From assembly GCA_032250835.1 (NCBI GenBank), contig JAVVEA010000004.1, positions 1 to 64,000 of the forward strand: DNA of 64,000 nucleotides, read 5' to 3'. Shown piece by piece: positions 49,074-59,036 of the stretch; within the stretch, counting starts at the first letter, position 1, and each line of letters starts with the position of its first letter. The notes beneath the pieces were generated by a model that was not told where the DNA came from, ran no database searches, and worked only from the letters and a program-made list of their open reading frames with translations. This DNA is from a bacterium. GTDB taxonomy: Bacteria; SAR324; XYD2-FULL-50-16. A program made the translations under genes and the position numbers.

Positions 49074-49459
49074 GGGCCTAGGTTTACTGGGTGGGGCCTT
49101 GATTCCTTTGGAAGGCCCCTTTTTGCTTAAATCTTCGTGGAGGCCAGGGGGCCTTGGCTTCGTCCTTTTGGCGCTGTTGCTTGGCCAGCTCTGTCTTGGT
49201 GTGGTGAGTTGGCACAATCTGTTGCGCCCGGGAGCGCCGCTATCTATTCCAAAGCTTTACCTTGGGACCGGCAAAGCGGTCAAACGGTTTAGTGTCGGGG
49301 TGAAACTTGAGCAGGCGGCAAAGCTTTTTTGAGGTGCCTTTAGCCAGTTTGCCTTTAATCCCCGGACAGACCAACGGTTATGGTTGAGTTTCTAGGGCTT
49401 GTGGCGGGGGCGGCTGTGAAAGACCCGTGCATAGTTGGGAGACCTTTTAGGGGCTACAA

Positions 49460-50791
49460 TCAGCTAGCCAACGGAATGGTTAAGGTGAAGATGCTTCCCT
49501 TGGGGAGGTTGGGCTCAAAGGTCAATTGGCAGTCCATTTTGTCTGCAAACCGTTTGGAAACATAAAGGCCAACGCCGGTGCTGCTTTCCAAAGATTGGGG
49601 TTTGTTGCCTACCTGAGCAAACTTTTTAAAGAGCAAGGGCTGTTTTTCGCTGGGTATGCCCATTCCTTGGTCCATCACCTGGATTTTGTAGGAATGATCC
49701 TTGATGCGGCCGAGGACGCGAATTTTTCCCCCCGATGCGCTGTACTTAAAGGCATTTGAAATCAGGTTGGAGATAATGATTTCAGTACTTCGTCGGTTTA
49801 ACCTACAGTTGCTTTCTTCAAAGGCGGAGGTTAATTCAATCCCCCGGATGATGGAGTCGGCTGGTTTTTTGTCGGTGATATATTCGAAGATCTGGTCGAT
49901 TCCTATGGTTTCCATGGCAAACAATTGGCTGATGTCTTCGGCATCGGCTAGCTGTAAAATCTCGTCTATTTGGCCCAGCATATTTGAAGAGGCTTGGGCA
50001 ATCATGCTTAAGTATCGCGCGCCTTCTTGCAGATCCGCTTCCCCGTTTAACAACTGAGACAATCCCGAAATGCCAATCAGAGGGGTTTTCAGGTCATGCA
50101 CAATCGTTTTCAGGTCTTCTCTTTTTTCGGTCAGCGCCTTCGCACTGGATATGGCGGTGCTTAATTTCTGGTCGTAACTAATTAGTTTTTCTTTGGTTTC
50201 GCTCAGCTGTTTGAGTAGCGTTCTTTGGTAAATTAGTTGGGTACCCGAAAGCGTGATGGTCTCAATGAGTGATTTATTGAACCGCAAAATGGCCGATACC
50301 TTTTCTTTGGAATATCTGGGGATTAGGCTAATGGACGCTAAATATTCCTTTTTATCGTACCCGAAGCGCTCGGCTTGTGCCTCAAAAGAGGCCCAATCAA
50401 TGGTTTCGTCTTCGTAGAAAAACTGGCCAAAATAGTAATTCGCCAGATGATAACCCCCAATATCGATGGGGATGGCCGCATCCCAGAGCCCATTTTGACA
50501 TTTGTAGGCAGGATATTGGAGATCAAGGTCCTGGCTCTGCTTTTCGGCCAGTTCTTGGGTGTTCTGGGTCAAAAAAAGATCGCTCGCAAGGCAGCCTGTG
50601 CAGCTTTCGGCGTTCTTGCGGTGGAACTCGGTACAGGCCCTTTGCCCGCCAGCCTGGGCAATGAAGGTCCCCTCAAGATCCAGGACCGCAACGGGGATGT
50701 TAAAGGCCTCAGATAGGTCCGTCAGTAATCGTTGCAGGTGGGATTGATCGATTAGGTCGGTGAATTTAAAGGGCAGGTTGGGTCTAGACAC
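49460..50791 (-). CDS. PocR ligand-binding sensor histidine kinase
   Basis: PocR (ACTEFHR, C..SD, YKCQNGLWDAAIPI, GQFF); HDLKTPL, NLISNAFKY and G boxes; AAAGGA RBS with GTG start; lower GC. Confidence 0.9.
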   Translation of the reverse strand: MSRPNLPFKFTDLIDQSHLQRLLTDLSEAFNIPVAVLDLEGTFIAQAGGQRACTEFHRKNAESCTGCLASDLFLTQNTQELAEKQSQDLDLQYPAYKCQNGLWDAAIPIDIGGYHLANYYFGQFFYEDETIDWASFEAQAERFGYDKKEYLASISLIPRYSKEKVSAILRFNKSLIETITLSGTQLIYQRTLLKQLSETKEKLISYDQKLSTAISSAKALTEKREDLKTIVHDLKTPLIGISGLSQLLNGEADLQEGARYLSMIAQASSNMLGQIDEILQLADAEDISQLFAMETIGIDQIFEYITDKKPADSIIRGIELTSAFEESNCRLNRRSTEIIISNLISNAFKYSASGGKIRVLGRIKDHSYKIQVMDQGMGIPSEKQPLLFKKFAQVGNKPQSLESSTGVGLYVSKRFADKMDCQLTFEPNLPKGSIFTLTIPLAS

Positions 50792-51237
50792 AGGGGTTCC
50801 TTTGAATACCTGAATTTTCGCCTCATAGGGAACCAAGTGACTTAGGGTGTTACCTAGACGAGGCCTTGGTTTCAGTCTACCACACCTTGAACCAGGAATT
50901 TTAATCTTTATTATCAAAGGAACTAAAATATTGCCGCAAATGCCGTCAAACCGCTTGGGGCCACAGGAGGATTTTCTGAAACAACACAAAAAATGAGGTG
51001 AGTGCTGTTGAAATGAAAATTTGGAGGGTGATATTTGCGGTCCCGGTCAATGAAACGACTGAAACTAGCTGCCTGATTCCTAAATCAAGAGGACTTTGGT
51101 GGGAAATACAGGGGGCGTTGAATACAAAACTCAAGGCCCCGTTGCTCTGTGCGGGAGTTGAGGCAGAAGTAACATCAACCGTAGAGTAAGCTTGAAAGTT
51201 TCTTGGTGGCCCTTAGGTGTCTGCGGGAGGCGTGAAT

Positions 51238-51819
51238 TTATGCCTTGGCCACCGCCATTAACACCGGTTTTTCTTCGCCGAAGAAAGGCATGGAAAAGGC
51301 GCGGGTTACTTGGGGTGATTCAAACCCTGCTTGGCGCAAAGCGGCCTCAACTTGGCCTTGGGTGAAGCCCGGCCCGGGCACCTGCTCAATGGTTTCCCAG
51401 TCCCATTGAACCAAGAGTCCCCCAGGCTTAAGCAAGGCCCTTAATTGAGCTAAAGTCGCTGCATAATCGGGCACAAAGGCGCAAACCGAAGAGGCCACCA
51501 CCAGATCAAAGTGGGCTGGGTAGGGAGTTCCCGAAGGGTCTTTTAGGTCCTCCAGGGCGCCGCAAAAGGCCGTAACCTGGGGCAGGTTTTTTTCCTTTAA
51601 GACCCGGATCATCTGTGGAGATGTATCTAAAGACACCGCGCTTTTCACCAAGGGTGATAGTTTTTCGGTCAGTAGCCCTGTACCGCAGCCAAAGTCAAAA
51701 ACGCTCAGACCGGTTAAGTCAATCAGCCCAGTCAGTTGCTCAAAGGCCTTACCGGCGTATTCCCTGACTACAGGGTTGCTGTCCCACTCTAAGGCGCTGT
51801 CATCCCAACTATCGCTCAT
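51238..51819 (-). CDS. Class I SAM-dependent methyltransferase
   Basis: VFDFGCGTG, FDLVV and LLKPGG. Confidence 0.9.
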   Translation of the reverse strand: MSDSWDDSALEWDSNPVVREYAGKAFEQLTGLIDLTGLSVFDFGCGTGLLTEKLSPLVKSAVSLDTSPQMIRVLKEKNLPQVTAFCGALEDLKDPSGTPYPAHFDLVVASSVCAFVPDYAATLAQLRALLKPGGLLVQWDWETIEQVPGPGFTQGQVEAALRQAGFESPQVTRAFSMPFFGEEKPVLMAVAKA

Positions 51820-52000
51820 CTGACCTCTATTTGAAGACTTGGCCTAAAACTGCGTACTTCATTGTGAAAATTGCCTAATATACTATTGCATAGGGGTCCA
51901 AAATCTAGCTGGCCAGCTCACCATATTCCGCGCAATCACAAAGGGGCTATTCTATTGCCCGCTTTAATCTCCACCCAAACACCCGATACGAGTGGGCGCT

Positions 52001-52564
52001 TTATGGTTTTTTAGCCAAAACGAAGAGCGAGTCATCAGGTTCAAACTCTTCGTATATGGTCTGTTCGAGAAGCGTAAATCTTTCTTCAATTAAAGCGATT
52101 AACTGATCCTTAGGGTGATAAATTGCCCGCATGTCACCTTCTTCAAATAGGCTATCGCCAATCCAAAAACAATGTATGATGAGCCCTCCCCTATGGAGGA
52201 TTTCAGATTGCCGGTTAAGGGACTTTTTTATCAGGTCTAGTTCAAAATGCTGGAAGACCTTGCAGGAGTATAGGGCATCAAACTTTTGGTTGGTTTCAAG
52301 GGAAATCGCATCAAGATTCTCAAAGTGACCCCTTGGAAAACGAGCTTTTGCTCGAGCAATAAATTCTTCCGAATAGTCACTACCTGTAACTAGGTAGTGT
52401 TCGGACAACCATTTATAATCATTGCCCGGCCCCATACCGATTTCAAGCAGCGAACTACCCTTTTTCAGAAACTTGAGGATTGATTTTTCAAAGGCTGAGT
52501 TATCATAACCCTCACAGAGCTTGATGTATTCATCTACTCCTTGCGCAGTGGTATAGGTTTTCAC
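52001..52564 (-). CDS. Class I SAM-dependent methyltransferase (AT-rich)
   Basis: LLEIGMGPG, GSDYS and FDALYS.KV..H; GTG start. Confidence 0.88.
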   Translation of the reverse strand: MKTYTTAQGVDEYIKLCEGYDNSAFEKSILKFLKKGSSLLEIGMGPGNDYKWLSEHYLVTGSDYSEEFIARAKARFPRGHFENLDAISLETNQKFDALYSCKVFQHFELDLIKKSLNRQSEILHRGGLIIHCFWIGDSLFEEGDMRAIYHPKDQLIALIEERFTLLEQTIYEEFEPDDSLFVLAKKP

Positions 52565-52743
52565 TCAGCCCCCCGTTTCAGCGTCCTCGACTTTCCTGTT
52601 CCTTTTATTCCCGCTCGATCGTTTTGTTCCTTTACCTATCTATTTTTGCAGAAAAACCAGCTAGAGGTTCGTTGGCGGTAAGGGCCAAGCGAGTCTTAAC
52701 TTCAGTCCAGATGCAAGCCATTAAGCTGATTGTTCGGTCGCCT

Positions 52744-53127
52744 TCAAGCCACCTCCTGCATTCTCCTGTTAACAATCAAACCGACCAATGCTTCGGGCAA
52801 CGGTTGTTCGGGCAGAAAATGGATGGTTGCTCCTTGGTGCTTGATTCCTTTGAGTTGCGCTTTGAGTTCCATCACAAGAGTTGGGCTCATGGTATGCAAT
52901 GAGCAGTGACTCTTGGATGCACTAATCCCAACCAAGTCCTTTCCCCGGCGAAATAGCGGAATTTTGTAACTCACCCGTTCTGAGCAATCAGGCGCAAATT
53001 TTAAAATCAAGGCGCGTAATTGCTCCAGGGCTTGACGTTTACTGGGCTCCTGCTCTGCCAGATAAACATCAATCTCTTCAGGAGAGTGCCTGTCTGCGTT
53101 GGGTTTGGCCAATTCACTCCCACTCAA
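52744..53127 (-). CDS. DUF1801/YdhG-like protein (start uncertain)
   Basis: IDVYLA, LEQLR..I...APD..E.VSY.IP and TIHF...QPLP. Confidence 0.82.
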   Translation of the reverse strand: MSGSELAKPNADRHSPEEIDVYLAEQEPSKRQALEQLRALILKFAPDCSERVSYKIPLFRRGKDLVGISASKSHCSLHTMSPTLVMELKAQLKGIKHQGATIHFLPEQPLPEALVGLIVNRRMQEVA

Positions 53128-54643
53128 TGGTGCCCGGAGGTTTGCTGGTGATGTCGTAGACCACCCGGTTGATCTTCTTGACCTCGTTGACGATGCGGGT
53201 GCTGATGCGGCCCAGCAGCTCGTAGGGCAGGTGGGTCCAGTCGGCGGTCATGGCGTCGGTGCTGTTGACGCTGCGGACCGCCAAGGTCCATTCGTAGGTG
53301 CGCTCGTCGCCCATCACGCCCACGGTCTTGACCGGCAGGAGCACGGCAAAACACTGCCAGACTTTGTCGTACCAGCCCGCCTTTTTGAGCTCTTCTAACA
53401 CAATGGCGTCCGCCTCTTGCAACACCGCTACCCGCTCGGGGGTGATGTCGCCTAAGATGCGTACCGCGAGGCCCGGACCGGGGAAGGGATGGCGGTTGAT
53501 GAAGCTATCGGGCAGGCCCAATTTGCGGCCCAATTCGCGCACCTCGTCTTTAAATAATTCCCGCATGGGCTCGATCAGCGCCAGATTCATTTTCTCGGGC
53601 AGGCCGCCGACGTTGTGGTGGCTTTTGATCACCGCGCTGGGGCCCTTGAAGCTGACCGACTCGATCACGTCTGGGTACAGCGTCCCTTGGGCTAAGAACT
53701 TAACGCCCTTGAGCTTGTTGGCTTCGCGGTCGAAGATTTCGATGAACTCATGGCCGATGATCTTGCGCTTTTGCTCCGGGTCGCTCACGCCCGCCAATTT
53801 GCCCAAGAAGTGGTCGCGGGCGTCTACGTGGATTAGGTTGATGTGGTAGTGCTCCTTGAACATAGCCACCACTTTTTCGGCCTCGTCTTTGCGCAGCAGG
53901 CCGTTATCCACAAAGACGCAGACCAACTGGTCGCCGATCGCTTCGTGCAGCAAGATGGCGGTGACGCTCGAATCCACGCCGCCCGAAAGCGCACAAAGCA
54001 CCATGTCGCCGCCCACCTGGGCCTTGATCTCCGCAGTCTTGGTTTCAATGAAGCTGGCCATATCCCAGCCCGCTTCGACCTGGGCGATTTCAAAGAGGAA
54101 GTTTTGTAACATCTGTTTGCCGAAGACCGAGTGGGTCACTTCGGGGTGGAACTGGATGCCGTAAAGCTTGCGGCTGCGGTCGGCAATAGCGGCGAAGGGG
54201 GCATGCTGGCTGACCGCCAAGATTTCAAAGCCTTCGGGGATGCGGACCACCCGGTCGCCGTGGCTCATCCAAACGACGCTTTGTTCGTCGATGCTGAAGA
54301 AAAAGCCCTGTTGGTCCCCGGTCACGCTCAGGTCCGTACGGCCATATTCGCTTTCCTTGGCCTTTTCCACCTGACCGCCCAAGAGGCTGACCATCAACTG
54401 CTGGCCGTAGCAGATGCCCAAGACCGGCTTGCCCCATTCAAACAGCTCTTTGTCCACCTTCGGGCTCGCTTCGCCCAAGACGGAGCTGGGCCCGCCTGAG
54501 AGGATGATGGCCTCGGGGTCCATCGCCTTGATTTGATCGGTGGGCAGGGTGCAGGGGTGGATCTCGCAGTATACCTGCATCTCGCGGATGCGGCGGGCGA
54601 TCAATTGGGTGTACTGAGAACCAAAATCAAGGATCAAGACCAT
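53114..54643 (-). CDS. guaA: GMP synthase (glutamine-hydrolysing)
   Basis: [35 protein letters not shown] and KPPGTIEWE. Confidence 0.98.
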   Translation of the reverse strand: MVLILDFGSQYTQLIARRIREMQVYCEIHPCTLPTDQIKAMDPEAIILSGGPSSVLGEASPKVDKELFEWGKPVLGICYGQQLMVSLLGGQVEKAKESEYGRTDLSVTGDQQGFFFSIDEQSVVWMSHGDRVVRIPEGFEILAVSQHAPFAAIADRSRKLYGIQFHPEVTHSVFGKQMLQNFLFEIAQVEAGWDMASFIETKTAEIKAQVGGDMVLCALSGGVDSSVTAILLHEAIGDQLVCVFVDNGLLRKDEAEKVVAMFKEHYHINLIHVDARDHFLGKLAGVSDPEQKRKIIGHEFIEIFDREANKLKGVKFLAQGTLYPDVIESVSFKGPSAVIKSHHNVGGLPEKMNLALIEPMRELFKDEVRELGRKLGLPDSFINRHPFPGPGLAVRILGDITPERVAVLQEADAIVLEELKKAGWYDKVWQCFAVLLPVKTVGVMGDERTYEWTLAVRSVNSTDAMTADWTHLPYELLGRISTRIVNEVKKINRVVYDITSKPPGTIEWE

Positions 54644-54647
54644 GGGA

Positions 54648-55019
54648 TTATTCCTCGTCGTCAGATTGGGCGGTGATCTCGATCACCTGTGAATCGGTTA
54701 GTTCTTCTTTTGCACTAGGGATCATCATGGCCAGGGCCCCGCCGGCGATCATCACCGCGCCGATCCATTTGAGGGGCCAAAAGAGACCCCGCAAGGGGCC
54801 CAACAATAACACGGTCATCAAGACCGCCCCGGCGATGATGAAGAGGCCCTGGTTGTAGCTTCCGCTTTTTATCCAGCGGTAGACGCCGTACAGCGCCACC
54901 AAGGCCGGAGCGATGACCGGCGCGAACCATGCTAGGCCCGCTACCGCGCCGCCCAAGACAATCCATTCGGCACCCCGCACCCGCCAGCTTTTGCGTGTTT
55001 TGATGGCTTTTTCACTCAT
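54648..55019 (-). CDS. Small membrane protein
   Basis: Multiple hydrophobic segments; coupled between trpS and guaA. Confidence 0.7.
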   Translation of the reverse strand: MSEKAIKTRKSWRVRGAEWIVLGGAVAGLAWFAPVIAPALVALYGVYRWIKSGSYNQGLFIIAGAVLMTVLLLGPLRGLFWPLKWIGAVMIAGGALAMMIPSAKEELTDSQVIEITAQSDDEE

Positions 55020-56014
55020 CGGTCGATCCCCACGGCTTTACGGGCGGCTTCTAAGGTGGGGCGTGCAAAGGCACGGGCCTTTTCGGCCCCCAGGGCTAGA
55101 ATCCGGTCCAGTTCTTTTGGTTCGTTGATGTAACGCTCGTAGGCCTCACGGCCCGGCGCTACATAGGCGTCGATCAGTTCAAAGAGGGCCTGTTTGGCGT
55201 CGCCATAGCCTAAGCCGCCCTTTTGGTAGGCGGCGGCCATTGCGGCGGTTTGGGCCTCATTAGCGAAGAGCTTGTAGAGTTGGAAAACGTTGCAAGACTC
55301 GGGGTCCTTGGGCTCTTCGACGGACTTGGAGTCGGTGACGATGCCCATCACCTTTTTGCGCAGTTGCTTCGGCGGCACGTAAAGGGGCAGGACGTTGTCG
55401 TAAGACTTGCTCATCTTGCGTCCGTCGGTGCCGGGGATGGTCTTGACCGATTCGGCGATGATCGGCTCGGGTAGCGTCAAGATCGGGCCGTATTGGTGGT
55501 TGAAGGCCTCGGCGATGTCTCGGGCGATTTCTAAGTGCTGCTTTTGGTCTTGGCCCACCGGGACTTTGTGGGCACCGTACAAAATGATGTCGGCGGCCAT
55601 CAAAACCGGGTAGTTGAAGACCCCCATGTTGATGCCTAGATCCGGGTCCTTTCCGGCGGCCTCGTTTTTGGCCACCGAGTCTTTATAGCTATGGGCACGG
55701 TTGAGCAGGCCCTTGGCGGCGAAGCAGGACAAAATCCAGGTGAACTCAAAGACTTCGTGGATGTCTGATTGCCGGTAAAAAACCACCTTCTCCGGGTCCA
55801 GCCCAGTGGCCAGCCAAGTGGCGGCGACTTGGTGGACCTGGCTCTGCATGGCCGCAGCGTCGCGGACCGTAGTCAGGGCGTGGTAGTCGGCAATGAAGTA
55901 GAGTGCCTGATAGGTTTCGGCCAATTGGAGCGCCGGTTTGATCGCGCCCATCAGGTTGCCGATGTGCGGGACGCCGGTCGGCTTGATCCCGGTCAGGGAA
56001 ATGCTTTGAGTCAT
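55016..56014 (-). CDS. trpS: Tryptophan--tRNA ligase
   Basis: TGIKPTG.PHIGN, YPVLMAADI, VPVGQDQ.QH and KMSKS; start at ATG 56014. Confidence 0.97.
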   Translation of the reverse strand: MTQSISLTGIKPTGVPHIGNLMGAIKPALQLAETYQALYFIADYHALTTVRDAAAMQSQVHQVAATWLATGLDPEKVVFYRQSDIHEVFEFTWILSCFAAKGLLNRAHSYKDSVAKNEAAGKDPDLGINMGVFNYPVLMAADIILYGAHKVPVGQDQKQHLEIARDIAEAFNHQYGPILTLPEPIIAESVKTIPGTDGRKMSKSYDNVLPLYVPPKQLRKKVMGIVTDSKSVEEPKDPESCNVFQLYKLFANEAQTAAMAAAYQKGGLGYGDAKQALFELIDAYVAPGREAYERYINEPKELDRILALGAEKARAFARPTLEAARKAVGIDR

Positions 56015-56144
56015 GTTCAATCGTTGGTTGTTGTGGTCTTCGTTTCTTCTATCGGATTTGGCGGGGATTGAAAATAGACAAATCCCAAATGTCCCTTTAC
56101 AAAGGAGTTGAGGATTTAAGGTCTGCACTCCAATCGACGTACCC

Positions 56145-58130
56145 ATGAGTTTACCCAGCCGCTTGCAAGGAACCGACGGAATCCGGGGGCGCATCCGCCC
56201 TGAAGAAGGTCCCCGTGGACCTTTGGAGACCTACCTGGGGGAAGGTTTTCTGACGCCCCATTTCTTTGAACTGTACGCCCATGCCTTTGCCTTGCTTTTG
56301 ATCGAGCGGGGCTTAGCCAAGCCCGGTGACGCTTTGGCGGTAGGTTGGGACGGGCGAGACGCCGACGGGGTCTTTGACTCGGCTTTTATGGGCGGCCTGC
56401 GTAAAGCCGGTTTAAACGTTTGGGCCTTAGGCATCCTGCCGACCCCGGCGGCGCCGCTTTTTATGTTGGCTCAGGGCGCACGCGGTGCGGCGGTGTTGAC
56501 GGCCAGCCACAACCCGGCGGATCAAAACGGAATCAAGCTGTTTTTACCTAGCCTGGGCCTCAAATTCTTACCGGCCGACGACGAAGCGCTGACCCAAAAG
56601 ATTTACGCCCTGCGCGAGCGCGACCTGAGCCAGTTGTCGATGCGCGGCGACTTGGTGGGGCGGCATGAGGAAGCCTGGAAGTTTTTTGTGGACCAAAGCT
56701 TAAAGCCCGAGAACTCTTGGATCGAAGGCCTGGACTTGAGCCAGACGGTCCTGGTGGTCGACGCCAGCAACGGGGCCACCGCCGCTTTGGTGGAGCCTAT
56801 CTTCGGCAATCTGGGGCTTAAAGACCTGATCTTGACCAATCTTCAAGGGTCCATCAACGCCAATTGCGGTGTGGCGGACATCGAAGGGCAAGAAGAGATC
56901 GGGCGCGACCAATTGGAGCAGCGTTTTAAGGGCTATCCTATGCTGAACGCCTTCTTTGAAGCTGCCCAGCGCCCCGAAATCCGTAGCGGTGCCGCCCGGT
57001 TGGTGGGATTGGTGTTTGATGGCGACGGCGACCGCTGTTACCGCCTAGACTACGACCCGACCAGCGACGCCGCCCTGGTTAGCTCCGGTGACCTGTTAGG
57101 CTTTCATCTGGCCCGGCATCTAGCCAAAAAGTCCGGACCGGGCCGGTACTTTGCCTTTACCGTCGAAAGCGATTTGCTCTTGGGCCAAGCCGCCGAAGCC
57201 TTGGGCTACAAAGCGCTCTTGACCGGAGTGGGCGACAAGTGGCTGCTGCGCCAGGGGGCCGCTTCGATCTTACGTTCTCAATTGGGTAGCGACCAAGCCG
57301 CCCTGGAACTGGGCAAGATGCTGGAAACTTGGCTGCAAGACCCCGCCGCTTCGGCGCTGGTCATGACCCAAGCCGCCGAATTGTATTTTGCTCAGCGCGG
57401 CTGGCACGAAAAGGGCGCTTTGGACTTTGCGTTGGGCCTCGAAGAATCGGGCCATGCCTTAAGTGCTTTTTGGCTGGAAAAAGAGGGCATCTTGTTGCCC
57501 GCCTTTGCGGGTAACGGGATCAAAGCGGGGCTTAACAGCTTGGCGGCCATGTCTGGGATCATCGAGACCCAGGCCCTTTCGGCCCCCTTTGAGGCGGGCT
57601 TGAAGGCGACCCATTATGTCTATTATGTCGATAAGTCCAAGTTAGAGCCCAACCGTAGCTTCCGCTTAGAGTTCACCAAATTTTTGCTCGAAGCCCTACC
57701 TCAGGTGTTAGGCCCAGGCTTTACGGGCCGCATAGAATCCTTTGCCGAAGAGCCCAGTCTGCTTTTCTGCCACCTACTCAAAGACGGGCATGCCTGGGGG
57801 GCCGTATTCCTGCGCAATTCGGGCACCGAAGATAAGTCGGCGTTGTACCTGCGGGGCCCCCATGCGGGCGCTGCCATCCTGGGGCAGTTGGCGGAACTGC
57901 TGCACGTTAAGCTGTTGGCGGAGCTCAAAGACCCCAACAAAGATTTGGCCCAATTAGAACAGGCCCTGTTAAAGGCCATTGCCCAGGGCCAAGACCCCGA
58001 AGCCGCCGCCGAGGCCTTTGCGGGGCTTCCCTTTGGGCGGGTGTTAAAAGAAATGGAGCTAAAGCAAGGCCTGATTCGGCGGACCCCGGCGGGATTGGAG
58101 ATTGATCAAAAAGGGCGAGCCCTGTTATAA
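56145..58130 (+). CDS. Alpha-D-phosphohexomutase (GlmM-like), enlarged
   Basis: GTDGIRG, TASHNP..NGIK, FDGDGDR, VGDK, EESGH and RNSGTE. Confidence 0.85.
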   Translation: MSLPSRLQGTDGIRGRIRPEEGPRGPLETYLGEGFLTPHFFELYAHAFALLLIERGLAKPGDALAVGWDGRDADGVFDSAFMGGLRKAGLNVWALGILPTPAAPLFMLAQGARGAAVLTASHNPADQNGIKLFLPSLGLKFLPADDEALTQKIYALRERDLSQLSMRGDLVGRHEEAWKFFVDQSLKPENSWIEGLDLSQTVLVVDASNGATAALVEPIFGNLGLKDLILTNLQGSINANCGVADIEGQEEIGRDQLEQRFKGYPMLNAFFEAAQRPEIRSGAARLVGLVFDGDGDRCYRLDYDPTSDAALVSSGDLLGFHLARHLAKKSGPGRYFAFTVESDLLLGQAAEALGYKALLTGVGDKWLLRQGAASILRSQLGSDQAALELGKMLETWLQDPAASALVMTQAAELYFAQRGWHEKGALDFALGLEESGHALSAFWLEKEGILLPAFAGNGIKAGLNSLAAMSGIIETQALSAPFEAGLKATHYVYYVDKSKLEPNRSFRLEFTKFLLEALPQVLGPGFTGRIESFAEEPSLLFCHLLKDGHAWGAVFLRNSGTEDKSALYLRGPHAGAAILGQLAELLHVKLLAELKDPNKDLAQLEQALLKAIAQGQDPEAAAEAFAGLPFGRVLKEMELKQGLIRRTPAGLEIDQKGRALL

Positions 58131-58162
58131 CCAAGTCATTGTAACTTCTAGAGGAGACTTTC

Positions 58163-58864
58163 ATGATGCGTCGGTTGCCCCTTTTCTTAGGCTTGTTTCT
58201 TCTTTTGGCTGGCCCTGTCTGGGCGGAAAGCAAAGTGGCCGAAGTGGCCGCAGACCACGAACCGGCCAAGCTGACCGGCAAAAATAAGCCCATCTTGGTG
58301 GGGCCAAAAAAGGTCTTGTTGGTGCCTCAGTCCTTTAAACAGGTCACCAGCGGCAAAGACACCCTGACCATCGAATACGAAAAGCTGCACCCCACGGACA
58401 AATACCCGATCGTCCGCATCCAGGGGATTCAGTTTAACGTCCGCACCCAAGGGGAAACCATCGAATGGACCTGGCAGGGTGCTGGGTACATGATGGTCTG
58501 GCCCAAAAACGAGGCCGAGAAGGTGACGCTGATGTCCAGCGAGCCCTTTGACAAGCAGGCCTTTACGCCTGAGAAAAAAGACGCCAAACATGCTTTGATT
58601 AAAGAAGGCCTCAAGGTCCAAACGAAGCGCCAAGACGGAACGGTGGCTATGTTGGAGATCACCGCCGTTGAGGAACAGGGCGGCAAGATGACCAAGTTTT
58701 CGGCCCGCACCTTTAGCGACGAAAAGCAGGCCGACCAGTTCCAAAACGAAAACAACATCCCCGCCCCGCCGGTCCATAAACAATACGAGAAGGGCGTCAA
58801 CGGTGAGGTCTTATTCATCTTCACCAGCAATGACAAAGGCCAGATCTTTGTCTACTGGCGCTAG
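58163..58864 (+). CDS. Hypothetical secreted protein
   Basis: GAGGAG RBS; signal peptide; beta-rich. Confidence 0.7.
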   Translation: MMRRLPLFLGLFLLLAGPVWAESKVAEVAADHEPAKLTGKNKPILVGPKKVLLVPQSFKQVTSGKDTLTIEYEKLHPTDKYPIVRIQGIQFNVRTQGETIEWTWQGAGYMMVWPKNEAEKVTLMSSEPFDKQAFTPEKKDAKHALIKEGLKVQTKRQDGTVAMLEITAVEEQGGKMTKFSARTFSDEKQADQFQNENNIPAPPVHKQYEKGVNGEVLFIFTSNDKGQIFVYWR

Positions 58865-59036
58865 TTCTTTCGCGGTTGCGGGCGCTCGCCGCAACCGGGA
58901 CCCCGCTCGATTCCCTTCTTGGTTATTCTGCGCCCTGCCTGGCCAAGTCTTGGCCGGTAAAACTCCCCTGCAACAGTCCCCTTGTTGCGCTGCTGCGGTC
59001 ATGGTACAATAGCCAAAGTGCCATAGGGAGGCCCGA

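Noticed and set aside
49758-49776. AAATCAGGTTGGAGATAAT, resembling the repeat's left arm
   Set aside because: Lies within the kinase N-box coding sequence (IISNLIS); a chance match.
50990-51237. Possible riboswitch upstream of the PocR kinase
   Set aside because: No recognisable aptamer consensus by eye; an Rfam scan would be needed.
52690-52745. Possible attC or array-type half site after the DUF1801 gene (ACCGAAC-AATCAGCT...GTTAAGA on the minus strand)
   Set aside because: The arms do not pair convincingly and no similar site follows the neighbouring genes.
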